DNA from: Octopus sinensis
Lineage: Eukaryota
Direction: 5' to 3'
Assembly (NCBI RefSeq): GCF_006345805.1
Contig: NC_043017.1
Coordinates: 22,692,001-22,756,000 of the forward strand
Length of the DNA stretch: 64,000 bases
Shown piece after piece: positions 26,316 through 39,040 of the stretch. The notes beneath the pieces were generated by a model that was given only the letters and a program-made list of their open reading frames with translations, searched no databases and was not told where the DNA came from. Position 1 is the first letter of the stretch. Each line of letters opens with the position of its first letter. Both the position numbers and the translations under genes were made by a program.

Positions 26316-27171
26316 TCATGTCTTGACTCTGCATGATTATTGTTTGTGAATACCTCTGTCATACACAAGGTGTTTCTTGTTTCCAGCCATGGGGAAACAG
26401 TACCTTACTTTGAAACAGGTATGGGTCGGTTAGAGGAAGGACACTTCAAGGAATTCCATCTTACTCATGCAAGCATGAAAAAGTAAGCATGAAGACAACA
26501 ACGATGATGACACACAATTTCACTCTTGAGGATTTTGCCAACACAGAGTTACAGTAGAAGACGCTTGCACAAGGTGAAGCACAGGAGGACTGAACCTGAA
26601 ATTATATGGTTGCAAGGCACCTATCAATAAATATCTGTAGAGCACACTGCATCAAGATCCTAAAACTTAATGAAACACATGCCATACAAACACCCATAAG
26701 AAAAAGTGCACAAGTGTATGGAGACACAAAATCCTCAAATGGATAAAGTATTGGATAAGCTGTGAAGACCAAATATTGTTTCCTCTTGTTTATTTTGTTA
26801 TTTGAGTAAAACACTGTATTCTATATCACTTAATTCTGATTTAAGTAGCAGATCACCCAAGAATGTTATTTATGATAAACCAGCATCCTTTAAATGAAAA
26901 AGGTTCTTATATCTCGACAACATTATATATGAAACCAAAGCTTAGCACATAAAATCTTGCAGGGCTTAGGGAGTAGTTTATATTGCTTTATGTATATATC
27001 TAAAGCATATTAATAGCTATGCAACACAAAACACAATAACACAATATTAAACTGAATAAAATGCCAAACATATCCTCTCATCCAAACAACAGTGTTTCTC
27101 TTTTCAAAGATATGAATCTACTTAACTCTGTTTACCTCCATTATCACTTGAAGATTTGCTTTCCAACATAG

Positions 27172-27279
27172 ATGCAAGTAGAAATAAGAGCTTTGATGCC
27201 TTTTCTGGATCCAGATTTTTTCCCCAAAGCTGCTAAAAGAATTCTGAATGTGTCAGAAGAGACAACACACCCTAATTAA
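27172..27279 (+). CDS. Candidate terminal exon MQVEIRALMPFLDPDFFPKAAKRILNVSEETTHPN-stop
   Basis: gatttgctttccaacatAG acceptor, phase-0 open frame to TAA with protein-like composition. The opposite strand also has plausible splice sites, so the call is ambiguous. Confidence 0.28.
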   Translation: MQVEIRALMPFLDPDFFPKAAKRILNVSEETTHPN

Positions 27280-27433
27280 CAAGATATTCAGAGAAATTAA
27301 ACGCATGGTTCCGGGTTCAGTCCCACTGCATGACACCTTGGCAAATGTCTTGTACTATAGTCTCGGGCTAACCAAAGCTTTGTGGATAGACTTGGTTGAC
27401 GAAAACTAAAAGAAGCTCACCATGTGTATGTGT

Positions 27434-27476
<43 letters not shown>

Positions 27477-28088
27477 TCTCCCACCACTGCTTGATGACTT
27501 GTATTGGTGTGTTTACATCCTTGTAACTTTGCAGTTCAGCAAAACAGACTGATAGAATGAGCACCAGGCTTAAAAAAAGAAAAAGGTAATGGAGTCAATT
27601 CATGCAATTAAAATTCCCTAAGGCAATGCTCCAGCATGGCTGCAATCTAATGCTTGTAATCAGTAAAAAAAGAAAAAAAAAAAACAGAATTTATAATACT
27701 GTCTTCCCAACCAGGGCTGGCCCCTAGGGTTGCTAGCACTCAGAAAGACTGAATTTTTTGTACCCTTAACAAGCTGGGTATCAATATTTTGATAAATGTT
27801 TTTTAAATGTTCATAAGGTGTAAAACCCTGGAAATGTTGGAATAAAGTATTTATCACAATTTATCAAAATATAAGAATAAAGTATTTGTTTCCTTTTATT
27901 TTCTTTTTTATTTCAAAGATCTAAAACAACTGACAGAACACCCCCAAAGCATATGACACACGGGGTAACTGCTCGAATTGCCAGTACCAACAGCCAGTCT
28001 TTTTTCTCCCCCACTTACCAACAAACTTTTTCATAACACTCACAAGAAGTTATACTTCATATAAATACAAACCCTCTGCAATACCATT

Positions 28089-28526
28089 CTTATTTTTTTA
28101 TTATTTTTATTGCCCACAAGGGGCTAAACATAGAGGGGACAAACAAGGACAGACAAAGGGATTAAGTCAATTACATCGACCCCAGTGCATAACTGGTACT
28201 TAATTTATCGACCCCCTGAAAGGATGAAAGGCAAAGTTGACCTCGGCAGAATTTGAACTCAGAGCATAATGGCAGACGAAATACCTATTTCTTTACTACC
28301 CACAAGGGGCTAAATGCAGAAGGGACAAACAAGGACAGACAAATGGATTAAGTCGATTATATCGACACCAGTGCGTAACTGGTACTTAATTTATCGACCC
28401 TGAAAGGATGAAAGGCAAAGTCGACCTTGGTGGAATTTGAACTCAGAACATAACGGCAGACGAAATACCACTAAGCATTTCGCCCGGCGCGCTAACGTTT
28501 CTGCCAGCTCACCACCCTATTGCTCA
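28089..28526 (-). mobile_element. SINE B dimer (one head, two bodies) with 13-bp TSD
   Basis: Junction GACGAAATACCTATTTC at about 28276; CTGCAATACCATT at 28076-28088 and 28527-28539. Confidence 0.9.
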
Positions 28527-29606
28527 CTGCAATACCATTTTTGAGTAATACTTTCTCTTGGAGAATGGAGATTCCTACTCTGACATTTCACAATGGTATA
28601 CCAAGAATATCCCCATTATCTTTTGTAAATCTTCAATTTTGTGTTCTGTCTCTCTACCATTATCATGAAGTTGAGTGACCTTCATCCTTTATTAAGGTGT
28701 AGAAGTCTCCAAAATATAACATCTTACATGATGTATTCAGTAAGAAGATGGTCAGCAAAGCTTTTGAAGTTGAAAAGTTACAAAGACTAAAATCTATGTA
28801 AAAAGATGAATTAACATACTTCTAAGTTCCGTGTACCTCTAATAGACTTTTCACTCAATAACTCTGACACCTTTTCATCATTGGTGTGTGTTTATGTTGT
28901 TATCAAAGAATCCACATTTTGTTAACGATGTCAAACGTTCTTCAGTTTTACAATCAGCTATTATTTCAATAGTTTTCTAATTCCGTTCGATAATTCGTCT
29001 CTAATTAAATGCTTGAATCAATAACGTTTTTTCAATCAATCACAGCAGTTTCCCCTGACCTTTGTTAAACTCACCCAGACACGTGAGATCAATACAGTTG
29101 ATGTTCAGTTTGAACTTCAATAGGGACATGCTTGAAGGAAACATGTAGAGACAGGGTGGGGATTACAGAAAGCTTCAGTTCTTAAGAGGGGAGTGGGAAT
29201 ACTTAGTCTGAGTGGGGCAGACATAGTAGGGGCAGCAAGAGAAGAGATGTGTGCCAGGTAGGCATGGGTGGAGAGGTGTATACAGCTTGTGGAGCAAACT
29301 TTCTTGTTGTCACAGAAGAAAACACTGTATGAAAAAAAGTTTGTTTTTTATGAATTAGATGAACATAAGTGAGCATTCAGGTTTAGCGTTCAGGTCACTC
29401 AATCAAATGCAAAAACCTTGCTTTTAATTTATCTCACATTATCTTGTAGCCTTCAGATTTCAATGATGTGATTACTTATTTGTAGTCTGACATTGTAGGG
29501 TAGGTGTGAGAAACTGGATCTAGTCAGTTTGAACACAAAACTGATAGAATATTTGGTCGGATATGTTTGGCTTAAATGCTAAACAGTGAAGCCAAACAAT
29601 CAAATA

Positions 29607-29824
29607 TATTTCTTTTTCTACCTACAAGGGGCTAAACACAGAGGGGACAAACAAGGGATTAAGTCGATTACATCGACCCCAGTGCATAACTGGTACTTAT
29701 TTAATCGACCCCGAAAGGATGAAAGGCAAAGTCGACCTTGGCGGAATTTGAACTCAGAACGTTCAGACAGACGAAATACGGCAACGCATTTCGCCCAGCA
29801 TGCTAACATTTCTGCCAGCTCACT
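29607..29824 (-). mobile_element. SINE B with 16-bp TSD
   Basis: GCCAAACAATCAAATA at 29591-29606 and 29825-29840. Confidence 0.9.
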
Positions 29825-30090
29825 GCCAAACAATCAAATAGCCTTCTTATTAATATGGTCTGTTCTTTGTTTGCATGTGGGATCAACATAGCTCCTATGA
29901 AGCTGAAAAGATCGTAACAGAGAAAAGGGGAAGAATCAGGTCAGGGCTAGTTGAAGGTATACACCACTCGGGCAGTTCTCCAGGGTGCCATGGGCTAAGA
30001 GTACCTTCTTTGAAGTATAAAGGAGAAAATGTGAAAATAAAATTAAAATAAGACAAAATATGGAAATTCTCTAAGTGGAGTCAAGTTAAT

Positions 30091-30299
30091 TTTCTTTCTT
30101 TTCTTTTATTCTTTTACTTGTTTCAGTCATTTGACTGCGACCATGCTGGAGCACTGCCTTTAGTCAAACAAATCAACCCTAGGACTTATTCTTTGTTAGC
30201 CTAGTACTTATTCTATCGATCTCCTTTGCTGAACCGCTAAGTTACGGGGACATAAACATACCAGCATCGGTTGTCAAGTGATGTGGGGGGGGGGCAAAT

Positions 30300-30346
<47 letters not shown>

Positions 30347-30481
30347 CAATGGGCTTCTTTCAGTTTCTGTCAACCAAATCCACTCACAAGGCTTGGTCGG
30401 CCCAAGGCTATAGTAGAAGACACTTGCCCAACGTGCCACGCAGTGGGACTGAACCCGGAACCATGTGGTTGGTAAGTAAGC
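30091..30481 (-). mobile_element. SINE family A
   Basis: Reverse complement of the family A consensus seen at 36520. Confidence 0.85.
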
Positions 30482-30786
30482 TAAAAAAGGCAGCAAGCTG
30501 ACGGAATCATTAGCACACCAAGCAAAATGCTGAGTGGCATTTCTTCTGTCTTCATGCTATGAGTTCTAATTCTGCTGAGGTCAGCTTTGCCTTTCATCCT
30601 TTCTGAGCCAATAAAATGAATACTGGTTAACTTGGTTGCCTTGTGCCAAAATTTGACATTAGTATTGCTGAACTAAACGGTAATGAATGTCACAAACAAT
30701 TAACTGCAATTTTATTCTCTGAGTTGGAAACGAGGGGAAAATAAAACTAGTTACAGTTGTTAGAAAGTCTCAAAGACAAAGAGCGA

Positions 30787-31090
30787 TCATCATCATCATC
30801 ATCATCATCGCTTAACGTCCATTCTCCATGCTAGCATGGGTTGGACGGTTCGACCGGGGATCTGGGAAGCCAGAAGGCTGCGCCAGGCTCCAATCTGATC
30901 TGGCAGTGTTTCTACAGCTGGATGCCCTTCCTAACACCAACTACTCCATTAGTGTAGTGGGTGCTTTTTACGTGCCAGGCAAGGCTGGCAACAGCCATGA
31001 TCGGATTGGTGCTTTTTACGTGCCACCGGCATTGAAGCCAGTCAAGGATGCTGGCATCGGCCACGTTCAGGTGGTGCTTTTTACGTGCCA
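30787..31090 (-). mobile_element. Family C retroposon
   Basis: (CAT)n plus family C body. Confidence 0.85.
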
Positions 31091-31322
31091 ATTTTCAAAA
31101 ATTAAGAACAAATTTCTGAAGTCAATTTAAGTATTTAGGGAAAGAGCAATCTGATATTTGTTTTCAGGCAAGGGCTAAATATGGACATGTTTCAGTCTAT
31201 TTGACCTCCTCAGTATGGTATCATCTATCATCTACTCAAGCCTGCACACCAGTGGATAGGATTTTACATATAGGAACAGAGCTGCATATATTTTGAGCCA
31301 TAAAAAAAAATGTTGTGCTGGT

Positions 31323-31680
31323 GATATTAATGGATGCTATATCATGACTGAACTCAATATTGCAGGAGAATTATTTCCTGGAGATATAAAGCTTCCGATA
31401 AAAGCCATTAGATTCATCAATAGTAATAAGTCACAGGATGTCATGCTAAATATGTGAGCTGCATTAAGAATAATGTTGATGATACCTATAAACGTAGGCA
31501 TGGGAAAGAGAAGCTTTAGTAAACTAAAGCTTAGGAAGATATATCAATGGCTGTCCCTGACATGAGACAGATTAAATTCTTTGGCAAATTTTCCATAGAA
31601 AATGATTTTGTTAAAAAAGGATATATATAGAAAGTGTTATGGAAACATTTGCAAGTCTAAAGACGTGAAAAATTGTTTTA
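31323..31680 (+). pseudogene. Decayed hAT transposase C-terminus (dimerisation domain)
   Basis: Reads DINGCYIMTELNIAGELFPGDIKLPIKAIRFI...LNM*AALRIMLMIPINVGMGKRSFSKLKLRKIYQWLSLT*DRLNSLA then, after a frameshift, SIEND. This matches the hAT motif ALRILLTIPVTVASxERSFSKLKLIKxYLRSTMxQxRLNxLAxLSIE. Two stops and one frameshift. Confidence 0.88.
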
Positions 31681-33382
31681 GTTAAAATAATTATGTTTCC
31701 AACATCTGTTCTTTTGCTCGTATTCTATAATTTATTAGGAGAAAATTTGTTACATTTACAGGAGATCAATGGCTCCATTCTGACTTTCTCTCACCCATCC
31801 ATTCCCTGTTCAGTGTCTGTTTTTATAGCAAAACATAATGTGTAGAAATCATTGCAAGCTGCAGAGTAGGTACACACATGCACACTCACACACACACTCT
31901 CTTATACACTCTTTCTCTCTCAGCTACTCACTCTCCCAGTATTGTTAATGAAGTCATTTCAACCTTTAATGCTATGTTTAAACAAATTTCTTTAGCTTGT
32001 ATATTGCAATAAACACTTTATTCATACATTTATGGAGGCACATGACTTAGTGATTTGGGCATTTGGCTCATGGTCATAAGTTTGTGATTTCGATTGCTGC
32101 AGCAGTGTGCCGTGAGCTTGAGCGAGACGCTTCATTTCACATTTCTGCAGTCCACTCAACTGGCAAAAATGTGTTGCACTTGTAATTCAAAGGACCAGCC
32201 TTGTCACATTCTGTGTCATGCTCAACATTGCTGGGAACTACATTAAGGGTATGTTTGTCTGTGGAGTACTCAGCCACTTGCACATTAATTGCATGAGCTG
32301 TTTATGAATACATTTGCATGCTTTCTTCGTAGTCAAAACTTTGTGAAAGTGCTCCTGAAACAGCTCTGAAATTCGACTTATTTTGGCCACTGAACCAGGT
32401 CACAAGCAAACATTATTAAACAAATACTGGTTGTTGTTTTGTTTTTTCCCCTAACCCTTAAAGCATCTCAGACTGATAAAACAAAAAGGAAAAAAAAACC
32501 CATCAAGTTAATAATTGTGACCTTGTAGCTAAAGATAATGATAAACTTAGACTATTTGGAAAATATCAACACCAGCAATATATGTTGGCCAAATGCAACT
32601 CAGCAGATAAATAAAGCAAATAAATTTGTAACATTGCCACCATTTATAACCACCAGACTTCAAACCAACACCAACCACATAAATATATTCATGCTTGTGT
32701 GTCTGTGTGTGTTCATGTAAGTATATGTCTGTTTATGTTTATGTATATGTGTGTGTGTGCTTGTATGTATATGTATTTATATATATGTGTATGTGTGTAT
32801 ATGTGTGTGTGTGTGTGTAATTTGTTTACATCATGGATTTTCTCTAACTCCAGTCACCAGCCAACTGACTATCCTGATTTCAACTGCAACTAAAATAACT
32901 GTGTGACGTATATGTGGTGGTGGTGGTGGTGGGGGAGGTACTATTTATGTCTATGCTATTTGGTTTCACAGTATTACAAAATGCCAATGCTAATATAAAG
33001 CTGCCAAATTTCTGCCCAGACAACTCATCAAACCACAGCCACAACAACCGGCAATGCTTTCACCATTGTCCCCCACCAACATTATTCCTTTTACCATTAC
33101 GGTTTCTATGAAGCAACAGTACTTTTAACCTTAAAATCTTGTCAGGTACCTGAAGGAAATTTTGAAAATGGTCCATTCTTAATATTAATTGAAAGACAGA
33201 ATTATCAGAGCATCAGACAAAATGTCAGATGGTATTTAGTTATGACTGTTTATATTCTGTATTCAAATTTCATTCAGGTTAAGCCTGACTATCATCCTTC
33301 CAGTGCCAATAACATGATGTACCAGTTAAGTATTGACATCAGCTTAATTAACTATTGCTTGTCTCAAATTTGTAGCCCTGTA

Positions 33383-33642
33383 CATCATCATCATCATCAT
33401 CATCGTTTAACGTCCGTTTTCTGCGCTAGCACGGGTTGGACGGTTCGACCGGGGTCTGGTAAGCCATGGAGGCTGCACCAGGCTCCAGTCTGATCTGGCA
33501 GTGTTTCTACAGCTGGATGCTCTTCCTAACGCCAACCACTCCGCGAGTGTAGTGAGTGCTTTTTACGTGCCACTGACACAGGTGCCAGGGGAGTCTGGCA
33601 GCGGCCACGATCGGTTGGTGCTTTTAACGTGCCACTGGCATA
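33383..33642 (-). mobile_element. Family C retroposon, young-looking
   Basis: Near reverse complement of 35640-35906. Confidence 0.88.
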
Positions 33643-33659
33643 TTAAAAATCAATATTAA

Positions 33660-33908
33660 CCCTTTTGATTATACAGACTCCATGTTTCAACCCTTCAGTA
33701 TTCAGATTTTCCAGTCAAATGTAATGCTTAGTTATTCGCATTGTTTTGAATTAACCCCATATTATCTTGTAGCTTTGGGATTTCAACGATGTAATTGCTT
33801 ATTTTTAGAATAAAATTGTAGGTTAGGTGTGAGAGGCTGGATCTGGATGGTTTGAACATAAAACAGGTAGAATACTTGAGCTGGATATGGCCATTTTAAA
33901 TGCTAGGG
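33660..33908. mobile_element. TTAA-family MITE
   Basis: TTAA at 33656-33659 then CCCTTTT; right end AAATGCTAGGG abuts the hAT MITE TSD. Confidence 0.7.
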
Positions 33909-33915
33909 TTTAGAT

Positions 33916-34134
33916 CAGTGGTTTTCAACCAAGGTTCCGTGGAACCTTAGGGTTCCGCCAGTACAGTCCAGGGATTACGTAAGAAGTTACAAAACTGCTA
34001 AAATCGGAAGTAATTCTTAATTTTTCTGTGCAGATATGTGTGCATAAGACTATTAAATTATTGCACAGCAGTTCCCAGAGCCAGTGGAATGTTTCCTTGG
34101 TGTTCCACTCCAGCAAAAAGTTTGAAAAGCACTG
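33916..34134. mobile_element. hAT (Charlie/Buster-like) MITE, 219 bp, with perfect 8-bp TSD
   Basis: TIRs CAGTGGTTTTCAACC / GTTTGAAAAGCACTG; GTTTAGAT at 33908-33915 and 34135-34142. Confidence 0.92.
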
Positions 34135-35260
34135 GTTTAGATAGAAGATCGAAATTTCATGGTAATTTATGTTTCAAGCATCAATGTTAATAAGACAATT
34201 ATTTTACTAAATTCCTCATTATTTTCAAAATTACTTGAAACAAAGGCAGGATGCAACAGAAATGTGGTAAAGAAAGGGGTTAACAAGAACCTGAAGGATA
34301 AACTAAGCATTTTTGAGTTGTTTAATATATTTGGTTCTTCCTCATAGCTAGACATGTTTTTCAGGGAAAACTAGAAACTGGACAATGCTGTTTGTGTGAG
34401 CGACGTTCATTTACAACCATTAGATGATGTTAAGACAAAAGAACACACCAACACAACACAACACACACACACACACACACATATGTGTGTGTGTGTGTGT
34501 GTGTGTGCATGCACACACACAGATATGCGTGCACATGCACGTGCACACACACAACAGGGTTCTTTTAGTTTCTATCTATCAAATCCATTCACAATCTTTT
34601 GGAAAGTTCAGAGCTTTTGTAGAAAACACTCACCTAATATGCCATACACACGCACACACACAATGGGCTTCTTTCAGCTTTCATCTACAAAATCTATTCA
34701 AGGCTTTTGATCAGCCTGAAGCTGTAGCAGAAGACACTTGCCTAAGGTGTGATGCAGTGGGATTGAACATGGAATCATATGGTTGGGAAGTAAACATCTT
34801 ACCATGCAGCCATGCCTCTCTCTAAGCATGGAAATTTATAATTTTCAGTGAAATTAACTTGTGATTTCTTGTAATTAATATCTCCCAATTTGTTTGTTAG
34901 TCACCAAAAATTGCTGCTAGGTTTTTCTTTTCTTTCTCCAAACAGAAAGCAAATTTCAGTTCGTTGAGTAATTCCTGCAAATGTCATTCAAAACATCAGC
35001 ATCTATCTGAATTATTTACATTCATGGCATTGATCCGATTGAATTCCTTCCCTTGGCTCACTTTTTTTTTTTTTTCATATAAATATGAAAAAGTTAGTCT
35101 TGATGTGAGAGATTCGTTCTTCTTTAACTTAGTTTTAAAGCAAAAATTTGCTTTCTCAAGACTAAATACATCATTAATCTTCCTTTCACAGAGTTGCCAA
35201 GAGGCTAATCAATCCCACATGACTTATTAAACTTCACAGCATGATTTTTTTTATTGTTGC

Positions 35261-35319
<59 letters not shown>

Positions 35320-35639
35320 ATATATATAGATATACAATATTGATCAAATGGTTATGTGATACTATGAACAGGGACCAGAAACTTTTACTGACTTAAATAT
35401 ACCATTGTACTCTTGCCAGTGTATCGATTATTGCTATTAGAGAAATTTATGAAGAACTGATAATATGGTGGCAATCAAACTTCAGATGAAACCAAGGAAA
35501 TTGTATTTCTATTAGTTTTACAAGTTGCTGATATAATCTGTTACTCACAACTCTTAAAGAAGTGTCACTGTTATTTTTGTCACTGGCACGGCTGGGTTAA
35601 GACGCATAGAGGCCCTAGGCACTTAAAATATTTTGGTGC

Positions 35640-35906
35640 CCCCATGCCAGCTGGCTTCCGTGCTTGTGGCACGTTAAAAGCACCAACCGATCGTGACCAA
35701 TGTCGGACTCCCCTGGCACCTGTGCAGGTGGCACGTAAAAAGCACCCACTACACTCGCGGAGTGGTTGGCGTTAGGAAGGGCATCCAGCTGTAGAAACAC
35801 TGCCAGATCAGACTGGAGCCTGGTGCAGCCCCTGGCTTCCCAGACCCCGGTCGAACCGTCCAACCCATGCTAGCGCGGAAAACAGACATTAAACGATGAT
35901 GATGAT
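35640..35906 (+). mobile_element. Family C retroposon in sense orientation, ending in (GAT)n
   Basis: GGCACGTAAAAAGCACCCACTACACTC...TTAAACGATGATGATGAT. Confidence 0.88.
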
Positions 35907-36519
35907 ATATATTTAATTCAAAATAAGGTAAAGACCCCTTTCAGTCATGGATGACCATGGGATTGCACCTGGAAAGTTATCCTCTGAGGCACAAGTCTGG
36001 GCAAGTTAGTTTGTGGGGGACCAGCTGTTGCCCATGCATACCAGTCTCCCCTCTCCACACCACTGATGTTAACCAAGGGAAAAGCAATGGCTGATACAGC
36101 TTGGCACCAATGAATTTTCACAACTCATTTCTACAGCCGAGTGAACTGGAGCAACGTGAAAATAGAGTTCCTTTCTCAAGAACACAACACACAGCATAAT
36201 CTGGGAATGGAACTCACTACCTCATGACTGCGAGCTTGACACTCTAACCACTAAGCCATAATTAGTAATGAACCATAAAATGTAACTTTCATTTTTCAAA
36301 ATGGAGCAAAACTAACAATAAGATAGAAAATAATGTTTATTTTTGTATATATCCACTTTATTAAATTTGAAAAATTTTCTCCAAGTTTAACATGATTTAT
36401 TTTGTGCCGTAGACCATTTACCATTTCTGTGGTACCCACTTCACTTGATGTCATAAGTATGTGTTTATTTTGCTTAAACCAATGCTGGTGACAGGTAGTG
36501 TTTTCAGTTCAGAATGCAC

Positions 36520-36912
36520 GTGTGGTAAGTAGCTTGTTTACCAACCACATGGTTCCGGGTTCAGTCCCACTGCGTGGCACCTTGGGCAAGTGTCTTCTAC
36601 TATAGCCTCGGGCCGACCAAAGCCTTATGAGTGGATTTGGTAGACGGAAACTGAAAGAAGCCCGTCATATATATGTATATATATGTATGTATGCGTGTAT
36701 GTTTGTGTGTCTGTGTTTGTCCCCCTAGCATTGCTTGACAACCGATGCTGGTGTGTTTATGTCCCAGTCACTTAGCGGTTTGGCAAAAGAGACCGATAGA
36801 ATAAGTACTGGGCTTACAAAGAATAAGTCCCGGGGTCGAGTTGCTCGATTAAAGGCGGTGCTCCAGCATGGCCACAGTCAAATGACTGAAACAAGTAAAA
36901 GAGTAAAAGAGA
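36520..36912 (+). mobile_element. SINE family A, reference-like copy (tRNA head, CORE-like CCTTGGGCAAGT, internal microsatellite, GTAAAAGA tail)
   Basis: A/B-box-like GTGTGGTAAG...GGGTTCAGTCCC; more than 15 related copies or fragments in the window. Resembles Octopus tRNA-derived SINEs, but the named family was not verified. Confidence 0.9.
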
Positions 36913-37320
36913 GAGCTGGAACAGATGCTGCACTGATGCTGCACCACATCCTGTCTGATTCTCAAAGAAGTCTGTCAATCCACTGCTTTGATGATAGGCA
37001 AAACTGACCTCCATTAGATTTGAACTTAGAACGAAGAGAATCACAATAAGCACTGCGAGACATTCCATCCAGTCAGTGCTAAAATGACTACAAGTTCTCT
37101 ACTTAAAGAGCTAGATTGAAATGATATAAAAGAATCTGTTTTGACAGTTACAAAGGGAAAAATAATGGGGAAAAAAAATAAAATAAATAATGCAATTTTT
37201 TATTCTTTTTAATGGGACAAAGTATACTATAAAAAATTTTAAATTGGTTAATGTATTTCATAATGGAAAGAAAGAATAAAATGTTTACTATTCGCTGTCT
37301 TATACCAAATTCTATCCAGG

Positions 37321-37690
37321 GCATATTGTATTGCTTCTTAGAGTCTTTTTCGGTTTTGCTCTGTAACAGGTATCTTCTGCTTGCAGCTGGCACCAATTTT
37401 CACCTTGCAGATAAATGTCCATTCACATTATGTAACCAATCTCGTACCATCGCATTCCTTTCACACATAGCCTGATGTCTTCAATGCCCAACTCCTTTCA
37501 CACAGCTCACTCACACTCTGATTTCCAGCAAATTTAAAATTACACATCCAAGTGCTTGATTTTATTTTCCTGCTCCCTGCTTTCACATGTTCGATATTCA
37601 ATATTTGTTATTCGCAATATTCAGCTTCACACCTCTTACGTATGCTTCAATGCAATCTAGCCTCTACTGAGAGAAACCTAACTGATTGAA
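37321..37690 (-). pseudogene. Decayed RTE-clade LINE, C-terminal end of the RT ORF
   Basis: Minus strand reads WMCNFKFAGNQSVSELCE, frameshift, ELGIEDIRLCVKGMRWYEIGYIM*MD...LQAEDTCYRAKPKKTL. This parallels the RTE pattern RWMCNV...SVxELRExLGI...RLRWYGHVMRMD...VEGxxxRGRPRKTW. Confidence 0.78.
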
Positions 37691-38039
37691 GTCACCAGGA
37701 AATGATGCAATATTGTAAATTAATCTCACAGAGTACAAGAACCGTGATGGTGGTAAGGAGTGTAATGGCAACATTCCCATGTAACAGGTACTTTTATTCT
37801 CATCCTTATTTTCAAAGAAAACAAGTAATATGGATTACATACCTTGTTGCTTTGTACTAGGAATATATATATCATGGATGTATGCTTGTATTGATCAGAG
37901 TATGTATGACACACTTGCGAAAATCAAGAAATAACAATTTGGCTTCTTTTTTTTTTTGCATATTGGAAGTAATTTACCCATTCACAGTTTATTCCACTTT
38001 TTCATAAACTTCTTAATATATTTTCTTTAATTTCTTAGT

Positions 38040-38228
38040 TTGAGGGGGAAGAGGGGGGAAGGGGAGGGGAGGGGGAGGAAGGAGGAAGAGTAGGAGGAGG
38101 GGGAAGGAGGAAGAGTAGGAGGGGATGAAGAGCAAGAGGAGGGGAGGAAGAGCAAGAGGAGGAAGTGGAAGAGTAGGAGGAAGAAGATGAGAATGAGGAG
38201 GAAGGGGAGGAAGAGGAGGAGGAGGTGG
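38040..38228 (+). repeat. Near-pure polypurine (GGA/GAA) tract
   Basis: Direct reading. Confidence 0.9.
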
Positions 38229-38886
38229 TAACAATATCTTTTTAGTTTCTCCTCCTCACCATCATTCCCACAACCAAACAGGAGTTGATGTGATTGCAGG
38301 ATGATGTAAAGTAAAAATGTAAACAGAAAGACATCTGAGAAGGTTACAGTTCTGATGAAAAAGGTTTGTACAAAGTGTTTCGGGTTTAGTTTTAGTTGTG
38401 AGAAGCCACTGTTTCAGTGCCACATAAATGCACCCATGCCAATGCTGCATAATAGCATATATATCAAAGAAGATATAGCAACCTGCTTAAAATAGCTACC
38501 AAATCCCCTTTAAATCACACTTTACTAATGTTAAAGAAAGGTACAGTCAACAATATAGTTCCATAAGTGAAATCATAGATGTGTGGCACCTGTAAATCAT
38601 AGTTGTGGCCATTGCCAGTGTCATGTAAAAGGCACCCATGCTGGTGGCACATAAAAAAAGTACCCATTACACTCTTGGGGTGGTTGGCGTTAGGGAGAGT
38701 ATCCAGCCATAGAAGCCATACAAAATCAGACTAGAGCCTGGTGCAGCCCTCCGGATTACCAGATCCAGTCAAACCATCTAACCCATGCCAACATGGAAAG
38801 CGGGTGTTAAATGATGATGATGATGATGCTACAGAAATATTTAATAGTTTTAGAATAAATAGTGCTTAGGAAAACAAAAGCATTTG

Positions 38887-38937
<51 letters not shown>

Positions 38938-39000
38938 TATATATATACACACACATATATATATATATGCATATATATATATATATATACATGTATATAT

Positions 39001-39040
<40 letters not shown>

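Noticed and set aside
27137-27244. Minus-strand exon alternative (NSFSSFGEKIWIQ...) overlapping the plus-strand candidate
   Set aside because: Cannot be distinguished from chance without RNA data; it illustrates the false-positive rate of splice-site reading here
37370-37475. Strong plus-strand acceptor and 74-aa ORF (YLLLAAGTNFHLADK)
   Set aside because: Better explained as the antisense strand of the RTE LINE relic
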